A DNA stretch of 63,516 nucleotides, filler included, from Dimargaris cristalligena (taxonomy: Eukaryota), in NCBI GenBank assembly GCA_003614675.1. It is 15 parts of 15 records of this genome, joined end to end, with 100 filler letters (N's around TTAATTAATTAA, not from the genome) between each part and the next. Parts side by side here need not be neighbours in the genome. Positions count along the whole stretch, not along the records: positions 59,440 to 63,516 come from ML003832.1; 14 more parts are not named here. One strand, given 5' to 3'. The notes under the pieces were generated by a model. It saw only the letters and a program-made list of their open reading frames with translations, was not told where the DNA came from and ran no database searches. The position numbers and the translations under genes were made by a program. This document shows positions 60,178 to 63,516 of this stretch, one piece after another (positions within the stretch are counted from its first letter, which is position 1; each line of letters starts with the position of its first letter).

Positions 60178-61058
60178 TATCACCTGGGTTAACTACTCTT
60201 AGTCTGTCAATAGTCCCAAGGTTAGGCTTCTAATAGTAGATGGGGCTTAGGCTTAGCCAAGTGGGCCACTAGTGTTAGGTATGGGGCATGGTACTAACTA
60301 ATAAAGGCTACAAATGCAGGTGCAGGTAAGGGATATGCAGTGAGTATACTTACTAGTTAATACAAGGGTGGTGAGTATATATAGGGTTTATTAGGGTAAA
60401 CCAGGTAGGTAAGAATAAGCTTCCAAATCTAACTGGACCCAATGGGGCCTGGTTATATATACACAGGGACAACTCCAGAGGGAGGCCCTGGGGGAAGGGT
60501 GCTACTGTAGCAGGGGGGGGGGTCAAGTGGGACTGGGAAATTACCAATTTCGATGTTTCATTCTGAGTGGGGAGGAAGGGAGACCTGGAGAGTCTGAAAA
60601 ATAGAGATAATTTAATAAAGGCTAAAATTTATGATTTTATTGAAACATGATCTCTTCCGGCTTTTGGGTTAGATTTGTTACTTTTATACTCCTGGTTTGG
60701 TTATGTCCTCAGTGACAATATTCATTGCTTGTGCTCCATTTGATGTTAGCCCACATATGTCTGGGTCACGTGATGGGGGTGCATTGTGTGGTTGCACTAC
60801 TAAGACTAAGGTATAGGTAAATAGGCCAACTGGACAACTGTTGGTATCTGGAAGACTCTGATGGTAACTGGAAGAGTCTTTGGATTAACACTTGACTGAT
60901 TAGTACAAAGAGGTGGAGTCCAGAAGGGGAAGGATTATATGATATAGGATGATCCCATAGTGCTGGTGGTGATTATGGGAAGGTTAATATTGTGCTATAG
61001 GGCCTAATAGGGATAGACACTAGCATGTCTGGATTAGGGTAGATTAAATGGTCTGACA
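60178..61058 (-). mobile_element. Complete solo LTR family A (~586 bp plus nested insert), TSD GCCCT
   Basis: T(A/G)TCA...TGACA termini. GCCCT at 60173-60177 and 61059-61063. Confidence 0.88.
60506..60796. mobile_element. Nested solo LTR family C (291 bp), TSD CTAC
   Basis: TGTAGC...GTTGCA termini. CTAC at 60502-60505 and 60797-60800. Absent from the homologous sites at ~8295 and ~318. Confidence 0.82.
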
Positions 61059-61249
61059 GCCCTGATTATCTGGCCTATTATCATTAGTAGGTGCAGTTGA
61101 TGTTTTGTTATATATTATGGATACTTATTACACTCAATGGTCAAGTTAATGGTCTATAATAACTAAAAAGTTGTCATGTGAGTGTATAAAGAAGGGGGCA
61201 GAGATAAATTCTGACTGCAAAACTAAGAATTAACTAAATTGGGACAGTT

Positions 61250-61385
61250 GGTAGGAGGAATAAAAGAAGAAAGGTAGAGAAACAGATTTTCCTATAAAAA
61301 ATAATAATTTCGACTTCGGGGAAAGTAATATTTTACGGATTTTCCCCCCCTTTATTAACATAATGAGTTTGTAAAACGAATTTAT
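61250..61385. repeat. Repeat family D copy
   Basis: Similar to 4342-4446 and 60050-60156. Confidence 0.6.
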
Positions 61386-62564
61386 GGTTCAGAGTTTTCT
61401 TACCTTCATCGCCTGGCTTCAAACGCGAATCGACAACAGAGTAAGTGATACAACCACTCGCCGCCCCAATAATAATCGAGTCCTTCAGCCAATCACTCTC
61501 ATCTGCGTATTTACCTGTACCTCACTTAGCATCTCTTAGCTGCAGTTAGGGATGCGTGAAACCCCCCGGCACCCCTCCCGCTAGGTTTTTTTTTTTTTAC
61601 ATGGCCACGTATTTGGACAATTAGGTCTATTGGCTCGATTAATAATGTTCAAAATACCCGGTTATCATATATGGCGTTGGTTGAATAGTGTTACTATAAA
61701 ACGAATATAGCTAGGGCGAAAATGCGAATGGGCTAATTGATGGAGGAATATTTTAGTTAAGGCACCATCACGAGCCCTATATATATATAGATTTGTGATA
61801 GTACTATTCGATATCGGCAAACGAAACAGTGTTGTTTCTCTGACCGGCTTACTTGATTTTAACCATAGCTATTCTAAACCTGTCCCACTTAAGAGATGGC
61901 GGTGGTGATTGGCGCTTATACTTTCAATGATGTTTACGGCCCTGCGACTCCGGTTAGTCGGTACCAATGCACGTCATGTGATTTGTCTCACGTTATACTA
62001 CAGTACTTAATTGAAGTTCTTTCAGGTATGGCCACACCAGGGGTAATGGGCAATGGGTTGATCGTACAATGATGTATTGTTTACGATTATCGAAGAATGA
62101 TGTCGCAACATAGAACTTGCCGGTGGAGGTGGTCCGGTGGTGGCAGATAAAGTTAACCGAGTTGGTCGCTGATGGATGTCATGGTGGGACAAAACGGGTC
62201 ATACTTATGTAGCCGTTTGGATGTATAGCCCAAACTGGTATGCGGGTATTGGTCATATCCACGTCAGGGAAATGGTGGTGATTAAGTTCACCTTTTATAT
62301 TTTTGTTGATTGCTGATAGTTTCCTAATTGTACGATTGTAATTCCCGAGAGCTTTCCGGGGCAGGGTACTGTATTCCCAATCAAGGAAGTGGAGTTGTGT
62401 AGTGACATACCTAAAACTAAAATCAGGTTGTTTATATAAAATGGTCCTTGAGACCCCTCTTTTCCTACATTATCATATCTTATTCATACTTCGTTTCTCA
62501 TAGCCAATTCTAAGCCCAAACACACTAGCGTTCCTTGACCAAAATCACCCTCATCTCTCCCAAT

Positions 62565-63101
62565 ATGGCATCCTTCTGCTCCTTTAACGACCGCTTTTAT
62601 CGCATAACTAAGACTGACCACGACATCGACTCCTACTCACCGGCATCATCCCACACCTTCATCCACACGGTGGACCCGGTCACGCATAAGAAACAACTAT
62701 CCCCACCCCTGCACGCCAACCCAACATCGTACACGTCGCTTAACCAACTCACCACCACTAAGTCCACTGCTACCCCAACCACCTCCCCCACGGCGGAGCA
62801 TGGTCCCTCCTCCATGACCAAGTACCACTGCTTGAACCCCCTGGTGGATATTGAAACAGCCGACGGCCACTTTAGTATGACCATCCTCTGGAGAGACGCT
62901 CAGCACCTGGTCAAGTGCGGCTACCATGTTGAGAACCAACAGCTGGTGGTGATTGTGGACACCAGGTATGGCATCTACCAGCGTACCGTCGATCTTCCCT
63001 CGGATGCCGATACGACTAAGGGCACCATCCACTATACCGACGGCTTGTTTAAGGCCCACTTTCCACGCTCCGGCATGAACTGGGTTAACTGGATAGGTTA
63101 A
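62565..63101 (+). CDS. Divergent small heat-shock (HSP20/alpha-crystallin domain) protein, 178 aa
   Basis: PLVDIETADGHF and RYGIYQRTVDLPSDAD..YTDGLFKAHFPR resemble the ACD consensus (YGxFxRxxxLP..YxNGVLxxxxPK). TATATAAA at ~62434. Confidence 0.72.
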   Translation: MASFCSFNDRFYRITKTDHDIDSYSPASSHTFIHTVDPVTHKKQLSPPLHANPTSYTSLNQLTTTKSTATPTTSPTAEHGPSSMTKYHCLNPLVDIETADGHFSMTILWRDAQHLVKCGYHVENQQLVVIVDTRYGIYQRTVDLPSDADTTKGTIHYTDGLFKAHFPRSGMNWVNWIG

Positions 63102-63516
63102 GAGCATGTTCTCTAACAGATGACGACGGATTATGGAGCTGACATCGTGATTGGGGGTTATTTCCTTGTTCCGCGTATTTGCTTGCCAAGTATCCCTTAT
63201 CGTGGTTCAAGAACTTTTTTTACATAATCTTGGGTATGCCGTGTCTGGTCCCCATTTACTCCAACAGGATCCTTTTCTCGTTGATTTCTCATTTCTCGCT
63301 GCTATATTAGATTATTTACTAGCTTTGTAATTTTTTACATGTATACCCTAAAACTCCACTTGAAGCCTGTAATTTTCTACACTTGCCTCTCCATATCTAT
63401 TATTTTACTAGCTATATTGTTAGTGTAGTAACATGGCCCGGGGATCCGGGAGAGTTCAGCATGGCCCTATCGGGTTGAAGGGCACCGGACCGTGAGGAGG
63501 AGGCCGGAAACAACCG

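Noticed and set aside
63424-63516. Abrupt GC-rich stretch starting TGTAGT at the window end, possibly another LTR
   Set aside because: Only 93 bp visible, with no second copy or TSD to confirm.

Overview
This window is not one locus. It is 15 unrelated contigs of about 4.1-4.2 kb, in descending length order, joined by artificial 100-bp N44-TTAATTAATTAA-N44 linkers, so nothing can be inferred from adjacency across linkers. Most contigs are eukaryotic and fungal-like (GT-AG introns, TATA boxes). The gene style suggests an early-diverging fungus, possibly a Zoopagomycota such as Dimargaris (inference only). Recognisable genes are a glycine-rich RRM protein, the 3' end of a likely NPL4, a SUT1/SLC45-type sugar transporter, phytochelatin synthase, a poly-HAMP group III histidine kinase fragment with at least 15 repeats, THADA/Trm732, a divergent small HSP, several orphan secreted proteins, a decayed signal-peptide+F-box gene, a 5S rRNA 3' half and a tRNA-Ala(AGC). 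Intergenic DNA carries solo LTRs with clear target-site duplications, a 136-bp MITE family and CpG-decayed repeats. Two contigs stand apart. (i) 8674-12900 is a GC-rich bacterial contig with a frameshifted LexA-like repressor, DUF5131 (three-Cys radical-SAM-like) and TcmP in one operon behind a palindromic operator candidate. (ii) 34283-38406 is an AT-rich contig with a frameshifted AEP primase / D5-like helicase of large-DNA-virus or Polinton-like type, next to 44-bp tandem repeat arrays. A 33-bp inverted end on one contig suggests an MDA (amplified or single-cell) assembly. All family assignments come from motif recognition by eye, not database searches.
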